Positions 29,159 to 38,071 of a stretch of 64,000 bases of DNA are shown here, one piece after another. A model generated the notes under the pieces. The model did no database searches. It was not told where the DNA came from and saw nothing but the letters and a program-made list of their open reading frames with translations. This DNA is from Candidatus Culexmicrobium cathedralense (GTDB taxonomy: Archaea; Thermoproteota; Methanomethylicia; Culexarchaeales; Culexmicrobiaceae): assembly GCA_025061115.1 (NCBI GenBank), contig JANZKC010000001.1:64001-128000 (forward strand). The letters are read 5' to 3'. Numbering within the stretch: position 1 is the first letter of the stretch; every line of letters starts with the position of its first letter. The position numbers and the translations under genes were made by a program.

Positions 29159-29674
29159 ATGAAAAAGTTAAAGCTCAAAGGTGCCTTAAAACCAATAGGA
29201 GTAGTTCACGTCCAGCATAGTGATGAAGAAGTGTCATCATCACTCAATGGAGTTGATGGAATAGTCGAAGTTTATCCAGAGTACGCTGATGGACTCAAAG
29301 GAATTGACGGATTCAGCCACATAATATTATTAGCATACCTCCACAAAGTTAGAAGTGATCAAAGAAAAATTCTCGTAGTAAGATTCAGGAAATTTCTGAG
29401 GTTCGGATTTAAATTTGAAGAGCTACCTGAAGCAGGAGTTTTTGCTTCCGACTCTCCGGTGAGGCCTAACCCTATAGCAGTAAGCATAGTTAAACTTGTT
29501 GGAAGAACTGGCAGATTTCTACGCGTTTCCGGACTAGACCTCTTTGATGGAACGCCCATTTTGGACATTAAACCTTACACGCCTGATAGAGTTATAAATA
29601 ATTATCACCTACCTTATTGGTATGAAAGATTTTTGATAAAAGTAAGAAATAAATTAAATATTAAAGGGATATAA
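29159..29674 (+). CDS. tsaA: tRNA m6t6A37 methyltransferase TrmO/TsaA
   Basis: GFSHI, GVFASDSPVRPNPI, GLDLFDGTPILDIKPY. Confidence 0.9.
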   Translation: MKKLKLKGALKPIGVVHVQHSDEEVSSSLNGVDGIVEVYPEYADGLKGIDGFSHIILLAYLHKVRSDQRKILVVRFRKFLRFGFKFEELPEAGVFASDSPVRPNPIAVSIVKLVGRTGRFLRVSGLDLFDGTPILDIKPYTPDRVINNYHLPYWYERFLIKVRNKLNIKGI

Positions 29675-29764
29675 GCACATTCAGGACCTATGCCAGTAAA
29701 ATTTAAATTTAAGAAGTTATTGTTTATGCTGGCAGCTTCAACGCATTCACCCATTCGCTGTTAA

Positions 29765-30979
29765 ATGCTAGCAACAATTGTAATTCTCACCTTTTGGAGG
29801 ACGAGTAGGATGAGAGTAGACTCCCTACTCCAAATAGTTCTTCCATATGTGGAAGTGATCCGTGAAAGTATAGTTAGAATAGTGGAGCTCGGCTTAAGTA
29901 GAGTTCACCACGAGTTTGTTTCAGTTGCATTGGCAAGTGTGATTATCCTATTTGCTGCTATGATCAGCTTAAAAGTGGAGGTTACCTCAGCAATACTTGA
30001 AATTTCATTTGGAGCAATAGCAGCTACGCTGGGATTTGCACCATCCCATAGCCTCCACACCCTTTCATCTATGGGAGCAGTCTTGCTGATGTTTATTGCC
30101 GGCTCTGAAATAGATGTTAAATTACTTCAAAAATATGGGTTGAAATGCCTGGTAATCGGGATGATTAGCTTCACTGCACCCATGATAATAATAACCATGC
30201 TACTACATTATTCCGGTCATGAAATTGCTCAAGCAGTTTTAATTGCAACTGCCCTTTCAACGACTAGCGTTGCCATTGTCTACTCATTTATTGATCAAGC
30301 CAATTTAAGGGGTACCAAGCTTGGCGTAATAATGATTGCATCAGCCATGGTAGCTGACGTTTTAAGCATGGTTACGTTAACAGTTATATTCATTGGCGCA
30401 AACATAGCTACAGCGCTATATGTGCTAATAATACTGGCAATATTATACTTGCCAAGGATATTCAAGCGAGTTGCAGGGTTAAGATATGAATTCGAGCTTA
30501 AATTCATAGTTATGGTGTTAATATCGCTAGCAATTTTATCCGAATTTCTAGGTGTTCACGCAATCCTTACGGCGTTCATTCTAGGCATGTTCATATCAGA
30601 AATATTCCGCGAACACAGAATTCTCGAGGCAAAGATCAGGGGGTTGGCGCTTGGCTTTCTCACTCCATTTTTCTTCTTCGTAGCAGGAACCAACATCAAT
30701 TTAACGAAAATATTTGATTACACTGAAATCGCGCTTCTTTACACTGCACTTTCAATAATGCTAAAATACATATTCACTGCAATACCAATGGCATTTTATG
30801 CTAAAATTAAGAGCTCGAAAATGCCGATGATATTTGCAGCAAGGTTAACTTTGTCAACAATAGCTGCAATAACAGGATTAAATCAAGGAATAATAAGTGC
30901 AGATATTTACTCGTCAATTTTAATATCTTCACTCCTTTCAACAATGATTGTAGCTTTCATACTTAATAAAAATGAGTAA
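29765..30979 (+). CDS. CPA2 cation:proton antiporter (true start probably ATG 29810)
   Basis: MFIAGSEID, LSTTSVAIV, TPFFF; GGAGG upstream of the second ATG. Confidence 0.88.
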   Translation: MLATIVILTFWRTSRMRVDSLLQIVLPYVEVIRESIVRIVELGLSRVHHEFVSVALASVIILFAAMISLKVEVTSAILEISFGAIAATLGFAPSHSLHTLSSMGAVLLMFIAGSEIDVKLLQKYGLKCLVIGMISFTAPMIIITMLLHYSGHEIAQAVLIATALSTTSVAIVYSFIDQANLRGTKLGVIMIASAMVADVLSMVTLTVIFIGANIATALYVLIILAILYLPRIFKRVAGLRYEFELKFIVMVLISLAILSEFLGVHAILTAFILGMFISEIFREHRILEAKIRGLALGFLTPFFFFVAGTNINLTKIFDYTEIALLYTALSIMLKYIFTAIPMAFYAKIKSSKMPMIFAARLTLSTIAAITGLNQGIISADIYSSILISSLLSTMIVAFILNKNE

Positions 30980-31015
30980 ATAATATTATGCTAAAATAAG
31001 TAAAATTTATTTAAC

Positions 31016-31705
31016 CTAAACTTCTCCCGATTCCTTTTCAATTACTGCTTCAATGTCCTTTAGTACTCTTTCAGCTTCCTCTATTTTTGCTGTTTCACCA
31101 GCTTTCAATACCTCAGCAATATTCTCAGAGAGTAAATCGTCAATGGACCTTCCCGATAGCATTAACCTACCTCTCTTAATGATCACGGGTGCAGGCTCTA
31201 TAACAGCCCCCCTAATGAAGGCCATTTCCTCATTAATTGGAGTTACAATGAGGCTGCCTACAGTTCTATCGTCCAGCTTGATGTGATATATGTGGTCGCC
31301 GTAAGCAGTTGTGAGCACCTTTTCCAGCGAGTAATCTACAGCCTTCTCTATTAATGCTGACACATTGGATACTACGCTCTCAACAACTTTACTTACTTCC
31401 TCATCTGCCACTCTTTTGAAGTACTCTAGCCTCAAAGTGCCGTAAAGCCATTGAATTTTTCCATTCTTAACTTCATATTCAATTCTAGCTCTAATCACAT
31501 CGCCCTTATCAGACTTCAGCTTATCGACAATGATATAGTAAAGTATTCTGTTTAGCTCTGCAGATGCCCTGGCAATTTCTTGAGGAGCTACTTCTCCACG
31601 CTTAATAAAGTCTCTAAGCTGAGCAAACAGCGTCTTCCTAATTTTATCTGCATAAGCCCCTGCAATTATCAGTCCAGTACTCAGTTGCATCTTACGCTCA
31701 CCCAC
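31016..31705 (-). CDS. DUF2258 ThermoDBP-related ssDNA/nucleic acid-binding protein (long form)
   Basis: LSTGLIIAGAYADKIRKTLFAQL...AELNRILY...KGDVIRARIEY. Confidence 0.85.
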   Translation of the reverse strand: MGERKMQLSTGLIIAGAYADKIRKTLFAQLRDFIKRGEVAPQEIARASAELNRILYYIIVDKLKSDKGDVIRARIEYEVKNGKIQWLYGTLRLEYFKRVADEEVSKVVESVVSNVSALIEKAVDYSLEKVLTTAYGDHIYHIKLDDRTVGSLIVTPINEEMAFIRGAVIEPAPVIIKRGRLMLSGRSIDDLLSENIAEVLKAGETAKIEEAERVLKDIEAVIEKESGEV

Positions 31706-31905
31706 ATTAAGTTATACATACATCGCTCAAAAACATTTCACTTAAATACGGTTAGCACAACGTCCGCTCAGACCACAACAACAATTAATTCAAGGTACAA
31801 CCGTGAATTCTAAGATAAGTAAACCTTAATTTAAAATGAGATAATTACAATGAGAAGCAAAATGCAGCGAAGCTAATATTTATCCAAAGGATGCTAAAAT
31901 GAATT

Positions 31906-32982
31906 GTGCTATACATAATACACACGACAGGCAAGTGCAATTTGAACTGCAAATATTGTGGGGGAAGCTTTCCGCCAGAAATCGTTCCTTGGAAAGTTCA
32001 TTATTCCATCAAAGATCTAAGAAAATTTATTGAAGGAGATAATGAAGTAATAATAGCGTTTTATGGCGGCGAACCGCTAATCAACTCAAAATTTATAATG
32101 CAAGTAATGGATGAAATCCCTCATGCTAAATTCGTAATTCAAACCAATGGCACGTTAATCTCGAAGCTCGATGAAGAATACTGGCGAAAATTCAAAGCCA
32201 TACTTCTATCAATTGATGGGAGAAAGGAAGTAAATGATTACTATAGGGGGGCTAAAACTTATCAAAAAGTCATTAAAGCTGCAAGATGGCTGAAGTCCAT
32301 AGGATTTAATGGAGATTTAGTTGCTAGAATGACAGTGTCCGAAGCAAGCGACATCTACAAAGAAGTAACTCACCTTCTCTCCCTAAAACTATTCGACCAT
32401 ATTCACTGGCAATTAGATGTTGTGTGGAGTAACAGATGGAAAAACTTTGATGAATGGTGTAGGCACTCATATAAGCCTGGAATAAATAGATTGGCAAAAT
32501 TATGGGTCAAGGAAGCCAAAAAAGGCAAAATTTTAGGTTTAGTTCCATTTCTAGGGATTTTGAAAGCAATGATTTTTGCTGGAAAGCTCGAATCTCCACC
32601 ATGCGGAGCAGGCACTTCCGCAATAGCCATTTCAACCGATGGAAGAATACTCGCATGCCCCATAGCAGTTGACGTTAAATGGGCTGAACTCGGAAATATA
32701 TGGAACTGCAAATGGATGGATGTCATAAATAAGGTTAGAATTGAGGAGCCATGCACTTCATGCGCATACTTCAAATATTGTGGAGGAAGATGCCTTTACG
32801 CCTACTTTGAAAAGCTTTGGGGCGAGGAAGGATTTAGGAAAATTTGCAATCTCACCATTCACACAATAAAAGAACTACTTAAAATAAAAGATGAATTGTT
32901 AAAATTAATAGATGAGAAAGTTGTTTCTACTGAAAGCATCATCTATCCAAAATTCAACAATACAACCGAAATAATACCCTAA
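31906..32982 (+). CDS. Radical SAM/SPASM protein (AF0577/TIGR04084-like)
   Basis: CNLNCKYC, YGGEPL, QTNG, SPASM C..G...CP / CxxCxxxxxCGGRC, C-terminal TEIIP. Confidence 0.88.
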   Translation: MLYIIHTTGKCNLNCKYCGGSFPPEIVPWKVHYSIKDLRKFIEGDNEVIIAFYGGEPLINSKFIMQVMDEIPHAKFVIQTNGTLISKLDEEYWRKFKAILLSIDGRKEVNDYYRGAKTYQKVIKAARWLKSIGFNGDLVARMTVSEASDIYKEVTHLLSLKLFDHIHWQLDVVWSNRWKNFDEWCRHSYKPGINRLAKLWVKEAKKGKILGLVPFLGILKAMIFAGKLESPPCGAGTSAIAISTDGRILACPIAVDVKWAELGNIWNCKWMDVINKVRIEEPCTSCAYFKYCGGRCLYAYFEKLWGEEGFRKICNLTIHTIKELLKIKDELLKLIDEKVVSTESIIYPKFNNTTEIIP

Positions 32983-32986
32983 ACCG

Positions 32987-33247
32987 CTACTTCTTCACAC
33001 TTTCAACAACCATCATTGTAAGAGTAGACCTAACTTTTGGCAAGCGCCTTATTCTCCAAGAGATTATTTCTTTAAGCTTATCCATATCTTCAGCTCGAAT
33101 CTTAGTAATGATATCGTAAACGCCATACACTATGTACGCTTCTTCAACTCCTTCAATATTCATCAACTCGTCCAGGAGCTCACCTTCAGTTCCAGTTTCA
33201 GCATTAATTAAAACATATGCTAGCGCCACCACAAACCCCTCTCCCAA
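32987..33247 (-). CDS. Stand-alone Lrp/AsnC ligand-binding (RAM) domain
   Basis: AYVLIN...VYGVYDII...IRRLPKVRSTLT. Confidence 0.9.
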   Translation of the reverse strand: MGEGFVVALAYVLINAETGTEGELLDELMNIEGVEEAYIVYGVYDIITKIRAEDMDKLKEIISWRIRRLPKVRSTLTMMVVESVKK

Positions 33248-33334
33248 CTACCTAAAGCTAAATTAATTCTGCATTTAAGGATTTTGCTAAACTATGACAT
33301 TAAATTTTAAAGGTACAATTCAATTTTACAATTT

Positions 33335-33390
33335 GGCGATGAAGAGCCGCTAGTGGGCCGAATTAAATGTGGAGCGCGTCCTTTACTGAG
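33335..33390 (+). ncRNA. C/D box guide sRNA #1
   Basis: C GCGATGA (33336-42), guide AGAGCCGCTAGTGGG, D' CCGA, C' ATGTGGA, guide GCGCGTCCTTTA, D CTGA (33386-89); GC-rich island; TTTTAAAG about 25 nt upstream. Confidence 0.75.
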
Positions 33391-33393
33391 CGC

Positions 33394-33449
33394 GGAATGA
33401 TGGACGGTCTCCCTTACTGAAAAGATGATGATTGTGGACCTCACTGACC
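33394..33449 (+). ncRNA. C/D box guide sRNA #2
   Basis: GG, C ATGATGG, guide ACGGTCTCCCTTA, D' CTGA (33417-20), C' ATGATGA (33425-31), guide TTGTGGACCTCA, D CTGA (33444-47), CC. Confidence 0.85.
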
Positions 33450-33526
33450 GAGAATCCTTTTCCAACTTCCAACTGCTTTAGTTTTGCAAATTCAGCTAGC
33501 ATTTGCGCAGGCACACTCGTAAGGCC

Positions 33527-34020
33527 TCAGATGAACTTGGACATCATTATGAAATCCAATTTCATCCAGTGCTTTCTTAAGTAGCACTCCGGCACGAAAC
33601 CCATTTTTAGGTAAAATGATATTGTAGGTATGGCTATTGGAAAAGTATAAGCTATTATTTTGTGACATCCCTGCTTTTCGAGTACTCTATAATTGTTTCA
33701 AGAATCTTTCTACCAATGCCTTCCCCCTGCCATTCTGGGTCTACTGCTATCCATGAAATATCTGAAATTCCATATGTAACTTTGCCTAATGCAAGGCCCA
33801 CTACTTCATCCTCAACTTCAGCTACAAAGGCGTACTTATCTTTATCATCAATGAACTTCCTCAAAATGGCTGGCTTGTACAGCTTTAATTTCTCTTTCAA
33901 GTATTTACGCGGATAAATCGTATGATCGTACTTTTCCCATAAGTCAATTCTTGCTTTAATTGAAATTTTTGAACAAGCGTCTAAATCATTATAATTCATT
34001 TGCCTTACAATTAGATTCAA
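33527..34020 (-). pseudogene. GNAT acetyltransferase interrupted by a 1-nt frameshift (or sequencing error)
   Basis: AVDPEWQGEGIG motif A; after the GGG run (33669-71) a second frame continues GCHKIIAYTFP..TISFYLKMGFVPEC... to TGA at 33527. Confidence 0.8.
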
Positions 34021-34165
34021 ACATTCACCTACGATATGGAAAGTAAGCTTATTTCAAAAAGCTTTTCATGAAATTTTAGAAGCTAATTTTCAAAACTGCT
34101 ATTTTTAAAGTGCATTTTAAAATGCGAAGTTATTTGGAAATTTACTGTTTTAAGCTATGCATAGC

Positions 34166-34636
34166 TTAAAGTTTGATGAGCTTCCAACGTTCAATAGCTC
34201 TACCATCTGGTAGAAATTTTGGGTCGCCAACCATTTTCGCTTTTAGTCCAAACTGCTTTAATGCCGCAAACATGAGTGCGGTAGAAATGTGAGCTGGAAC
34301 TCGACCTTGCTTTACAAGTCTTTTCGCTCCAGGCGTAATTATTGGATTAAGCATTGTGTACTCGACTTCATTTTCAGACACTTTTCTAACATCTATATTT
34401 TCAACATAACCTACCTTTTTGAGCCAACTTGCCAATTTCCTTAATGCTTCGAAGGGATCTTTAGCTGTTGACGCGCCAATGCTATCCTTAATTTCATTGT
34501 AGACTATTTCTCCAGCTCTCCAAACTATTTCCCAAGTCTTTTCACCGAGCAAATCATATGCCGCATGGTATATTGCATAGATTTCTAGATCGAAGAATTC
34601 GGGGTCCACGCAAATCTTATTTTCAACTTTCTTCAT
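34166..34636 (-). CDS. Hypothetical protein, possibly V4R/H-NOX-like fold
   Basis: 156 aa with GGTGA RBS; helix-rich N-terminal half, beta-rich C-terminal half. Confidence 0.7.
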   Translation of the reverse strand: MKKVENKICVDPEFFDLEIYAIYHAAYDLLGEKTWEIVWRAGEIVYNEIKDSIGASTAKDPFEALRKLASWLKKVGYVENIDVRKVSENEVEYTMLNPIITPGAKRLVKQGRVPAHISTALMFAALKQFGLKAKMVGDPKFLPDGRAIERWKLIKL

Positions 34637-34721
34637 CGATAATCACCAATTCACCATATGAATGCATTAGATTAATAAGTTATATCACTCCTTAGAATCA
34701 TTTAAAGGTAAGCCATTTAAA

Positions 34722-34764
34722 ATTACATGTTTGCACTTAAGTTTAAGTACCCCGAACATGTAAT
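34722..34764. promoter_or_regulatory. Long imperfect palindrome over the ppa promoter region
   Basis: ATTACATGTT...AACATGTAAT (10-bp arms) enclosing ACTTAA-GT-TTAAGT. Confidence 0.55.
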
Positions 34765-34796
34765 GGAAGAAGAGTGTAGGTAAATGGTGCCAGGAA

Positions 34797-35327
34797 ATGA
34801 GTAGAATACCAGCCGGCCCGAATCCCCCAAACGAGCTTTATGTAATAGTTGAAATTCCAAAGGGGTCCAAAGTTAAGTATGAATTAAAGTTTGAATTGAG
34901 CATATTATGTGTAGATAGAATATTATTTACTGCAATGGCTTACCCATACAACTATGGAATTATTCCCTGCACCCTCATGCCCGACGGAGAACCGCTGGAC
35001 GCCCTTATAATTACAAATGAAGAATTGCTTCCCGGATCTCTAGTTAAAGTTAGACCCATTGGCATACTTGAAATGGAAGATGAAAAGGGCGTTGACCACA
35101 AATTAATAACAGTACCATCAAGCGAAATTGATCCAACTACTGAAAATATCAATGATGTTGGCGATCTATCTGTAGCCACGCTAAATCAAATTAGGCACTT
35201 CTTTGAACATTACAAGGATCTCGAACCTGGGAAATGGTCTAAAGTTAAACGCTTCTTAGGGATTGATGAGGCAAAGAAAATGATTATTGAGGCTATAACT
35301 AGGTTCAAGGAGCATCATAACAAATAG
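34797..35327 (+). CDS. ppa: Inorganic pyrophosphatase (family I)
   Basis: EIPKGS.VKYE, YPYNYG, DGEPLD, DEKGVDHK, HFFEHYKDLE. Confidence 0.93.
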   Translation: MSRIPAGPNPPNELYVIVEIPKGSKVKYELKFELSILCVDRILFTAMAYPYNYGIIPCTLMPDGEPLDALIITNEELLPGSLVKVRPIGILEMEDEKGVDHKLITVPSSEIDPTTENINDVGDLSVATLNQIRHFFEHYKDLEPGKWSKVKRFLGIDEAKKMIIEAITRFKEHHNK

Positions 35328-35355
35328 GAAATTAGTTTAAGCGAATGATGCTGGG

Positions 35356-35622
35356 GTGGCTGTATTGAGAATAAAAGTCAGATTCCTATCATATTTGATG
35401 GAAATTTTGGGCATTAAAGAACAAGAAATTGAGGCTCCAGATGGAATAAATCTTGGAGAACTAGTTGAAATAATAAAGGGAAAGTGGCCTCAACTACGCA
35501 AATTGGACATTGAAAGCGAAGGCCCAATAATAGTGCTTCTAAATGGAGCAACTGCAAAACTTGCAACAAAAATCAAAGAGGGAGATGAAATATCCATTTT
35601 GCCGCCCGCAACCGGAGGTTAG
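35356..35622 (+). CDS. MoaD/ThiS/SAMP ubiquitin-like protein
   Basis: Beta-grasp pattern, C-terminal LPPATGG. Confidence 0.9.
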   Translation: MAVLRIKVRFLSYLMEILGIKEQEIEAPDGINLGELVEIIKGKWPQLRKLDIESEGPIIVLLNGATAKLATKIKEGDEISILPPATGG

Positions 35623-35623
35623 G

Positions 35624-36274
35624 TTAGCCTAACATTAATAATTCAATAAGCAAATATAATCCAAATATGATGAAGGATGCTGATGATAAAAGCTTAATCC
35701 ACTTAAACCTTAAAGCTCGAATGAGCTTAGCTCCAATCGCTACGCTTATGCTCATCACCAACAATGCGGATAATAAAACCCCAATAAAAGCGTGAAATGG
35801 AGAAGTACTTTCCAATGAAATTGCCAAGACAGCTAAATTCGTTTTATCAGCCAACTCCATAGAGGATACTAGTATGAATGTAGTTAAGAAAATGGAGCTA
35901 TTATCACTCTTAAGTTGCAATTCGTCATCTTCAAAGCCGCCCCTTAATGAAAGTATTCCAAACGCGATGAAAAGCACAGCGGCGCACATTTTAGCTAAGA
36001 AAGAGGAAATATGGATGTTCGCAAAATATCCTAGGGCAAAGCATATGACATTAACTGCTAGAAAGCCGGTAATGCTACCAATTAAAACGGGGATTGGCTT
36101 AAATCTTGATGAAAGCATGATGGTTGCAATTTGGGTTTTATCACCCAATTCAGCCAATGTAACTAATGTGAATGAAGCTATGATGGATGTTAGGTCGATG
36201 TTCATGGCCCAACTTCCACCTACATCATTCGCTAAATAATTGCATTGATCCATTTTAATATTATTGCCATTCAA
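35624..36274 (-). CDS. TMEM165/GDT1 (UPF0016) Mn/Ca transporter (start probably ATG 36205)
   Basis: ELGDKTQ and ELADKT motifs. Confidence 0.9.
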   Translation of the reverse strand: MNGNNIKMDQCNYLANDVGGSWAMNIDLTSIIASFTLVTLAELGDKTQIATIMLSSRFKPIPVLIGSITGFLAVNVICFALGYFANIHISSFLAKMCAAVLFIAFGILSLRGGFEDDELQLKSDNSSIFLTTFILVSSMELADKTNLAVLAISLESTSPFHAFIGVLLSALLVMSISVAIGAKLIRALRFKWIKLLSSASFIIFGLYLLIELLMLG

Positions 36275-36284
36275 TGTTAATTAG

Positions 36285-37169
36285 CTACATCTGCTCTATG
36301 TAATTAGCTATCTTCATTAGAGCTTTAGCGCCATGGGAAGTTGGAGCTAAGTTTACTAGTGGAATGCCTTTAACGGATGCTTCAACGAATTTATCATCAT
36401 ATGGAACTTCAAATACGCCTTCAAAATCATTACTCAAAGCTACTTCAATTACTTCATCCTTAACGGAGCTTGGAATATCTGCCCTATTTAATATTAAGCT
36501 TCTATGGAGATTTAGCTTATTGAGTGCATTGCTAATCAACCTCAAAGTGTAGGCGCCAAGCGGAGTTGGCTCAGATACGACAAATGCCCATTCCACTCGA
36601 ATTAATGCTTGAATTACGGTATTTTGTATTCCAGGTGAAGTATCAACTATGATGAATTTATATTGATCTAAATCTTCTCTGCTGAAAACTGCGTCCATGA
36701 GAAGCTTTGCTACAATTGGAGATCTAGCCTCGCCAATCTTCAATTGAGCTCCAATTAAGGTTAGATTTCCGCTTTCAGCTTCGAAAAGCTCACCAATAAC
36801 TTTTCCTGCATCAGATATTGCATTAACTGGACACATAATAATGCAGGCTTTGCAGCCTGAACACCTTTCTATAAGAGGCATTGGAGGACTTCCTGGCTTC
36901 ATAATTAGTGCATGCTCCGGACAATTCTTAACACACTCACCACATGCTACGCACTTTAACTCATCAATATGCGGTGCAAATATCTTCAATTCTCCCACAA
37001 TTGAAGGCTTCATTTGAAGTAGCATAGCATCATTTGGGTTATCCACATCAGCATCCACTAAAAGTACTTTACACTTCCTACTTAGAAGAGTAGCTAAATT
37101 CACTGCAATAGTGGATTTCCCAGTGCCGCCCTTCCCACCGGTTACTGCAATCACCTTAGGCTTGCTCAT
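36285..37169 (-). CDS. MinD-superfamily P-loop ATPase with inserted 2[4Fe-4S] ferredoxin
   Basis: GGKGGTGKS, DADVDNPN, CVACGEC..CP, CSGCKAC...CP, EPTP. Confidence 0.92.
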   Translation of the reverse strand: MSKPKVIAVTGGKGGTGKSTIAVNLATLLSRKCKVLLVDADVDNPNDAMLLQMKPSIVGELKIFAPHIDELKCVACGECVKNCPEHALIMKPGSPPMPLIERCSGCKACIIMCPVNAISDAGKVIGELFEAESGNLTLIGAQLKIGEARSPIVAKLLMDAVFSREDLDQYKFIIVDTSPGIQNTVIQALIRVEWAFVVSEPTPLGAYTLRLISNALNKLNLHRSLILNRADIPSSVKDEVIEVALSNDFEGVFEVPYDDKFVEASVKGIPLVNLAPTSHGAKALMKIANYIEQM

Positions 37170-38071
37170 AAATTTAAAACCTCCAATAAGCTTTCAAATG
37201 CTTTAGTTAAGGCTTTAGATGCCCGCGAATCCGGATTAAATTCCAATACCGGCTTTCTTTGGGCAACCGACCTTAGAACTTCAAAGTCAAAGGGCACTTT
37301 GCCCAGCACATCGACTTCATAAGTGGATTTAAGCTCCTTCTCAATTTCAGTAATATAATTGCTGATATCAAATTTGTTAATTATAATTCCCACAGGCACT
37401 TTGAAGTGATGAGCAACTTCAATAACTCTCAATGCCCCCTTGAAGGATTGCGGAGTTGGCTCAACAATTACAATCGCATAGCTCGCACCTAGAAGAGCTG
37501 CAATCACTGGACATCCGATTCCTGGAGCCCCATCAGTTAAAATTAAATCTGCATTTATGCTTTTAGCCAACTCTCCTGCTTCATTCTTAACTACACCAAC
37601 AAGCAGCCCCGAGTTATGCTCTCCAACTTCAAGCTGAGCAGTTGCCATTGGAAAGCCATGAATAGTTTCGCCCGTAATTAGCTCTCCAGTCCTCACCATA
37701 ACTAGGTTAATCGCATTTACTGGACAAACTAATTTACATACTCCACAACCTTCGCACATAAAATGCGCAACTTCCAGCATCCCTGATTCATTTCGAGTTA
37801 TAGCGCCGTAAGCGCAGTGCTCCAAGCATTTCCCACACCCAATGCATTTCAAGTAGTCGATAACCGCCTTTCTAGATATTTTCACTTCAAATTTTTTAGT
37901 TATGTTTTTAAGTGGAATCAGCAACTTCAAACTGGGAGTATCAACATCAGCGTCTGAAGCTACTATTTTATATCCATTTGAATGTAGGAAGAAAGCTAAG
38001 CTAGCAGATATTGTTGTTTTGCCTACTCCGCCCTTACCACTTACAATTACAACCTCTCGTCTAGAATTCAA
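37166..38071 (-). CDS. MinD-superfamily P-loop ATPase with inserted 2[4Fe-4S] ferredoxin (paralog)
   Basis: SGKGGVGKT, CIGCGKC..HC, CEGCGVC...CP, DGAPGIGCPV. Confidence 0.92.
   Translation of the reverse strand: MNSRREVVIVSGKGGVGKTTISASLAFFLHSNGYKIVASDADVDTPSLKLLIPLKNITKKFEVKISRKAVIDYLKCIGCGKCLEHCAYGAITRNESGMLEVAHFMCEGCGVCKLVCPVNAINLVMVRTGELITGETIHGFPMATAQLEVGEHNSGLLVGVVKNEAGELAKSINADLILTDGAPGIGCPVIAALLGASYAIVIVEPTPQSFKGALRVIEVAHHFKVPVGIIINKFDISNYITEIEKELKSTYEVDVLGKVPFDFEVLRSVAQRKPVLEFNPDSRASKALTKAFESLLEVLNL

Noticed and set aside
31742-31790. Cys-rich minus-strand frame (INCCCGLSGRCANRI) as radical SAM precursor peptide
   Set aside because: No canonical start or RBS; lies in a divergent promoter region
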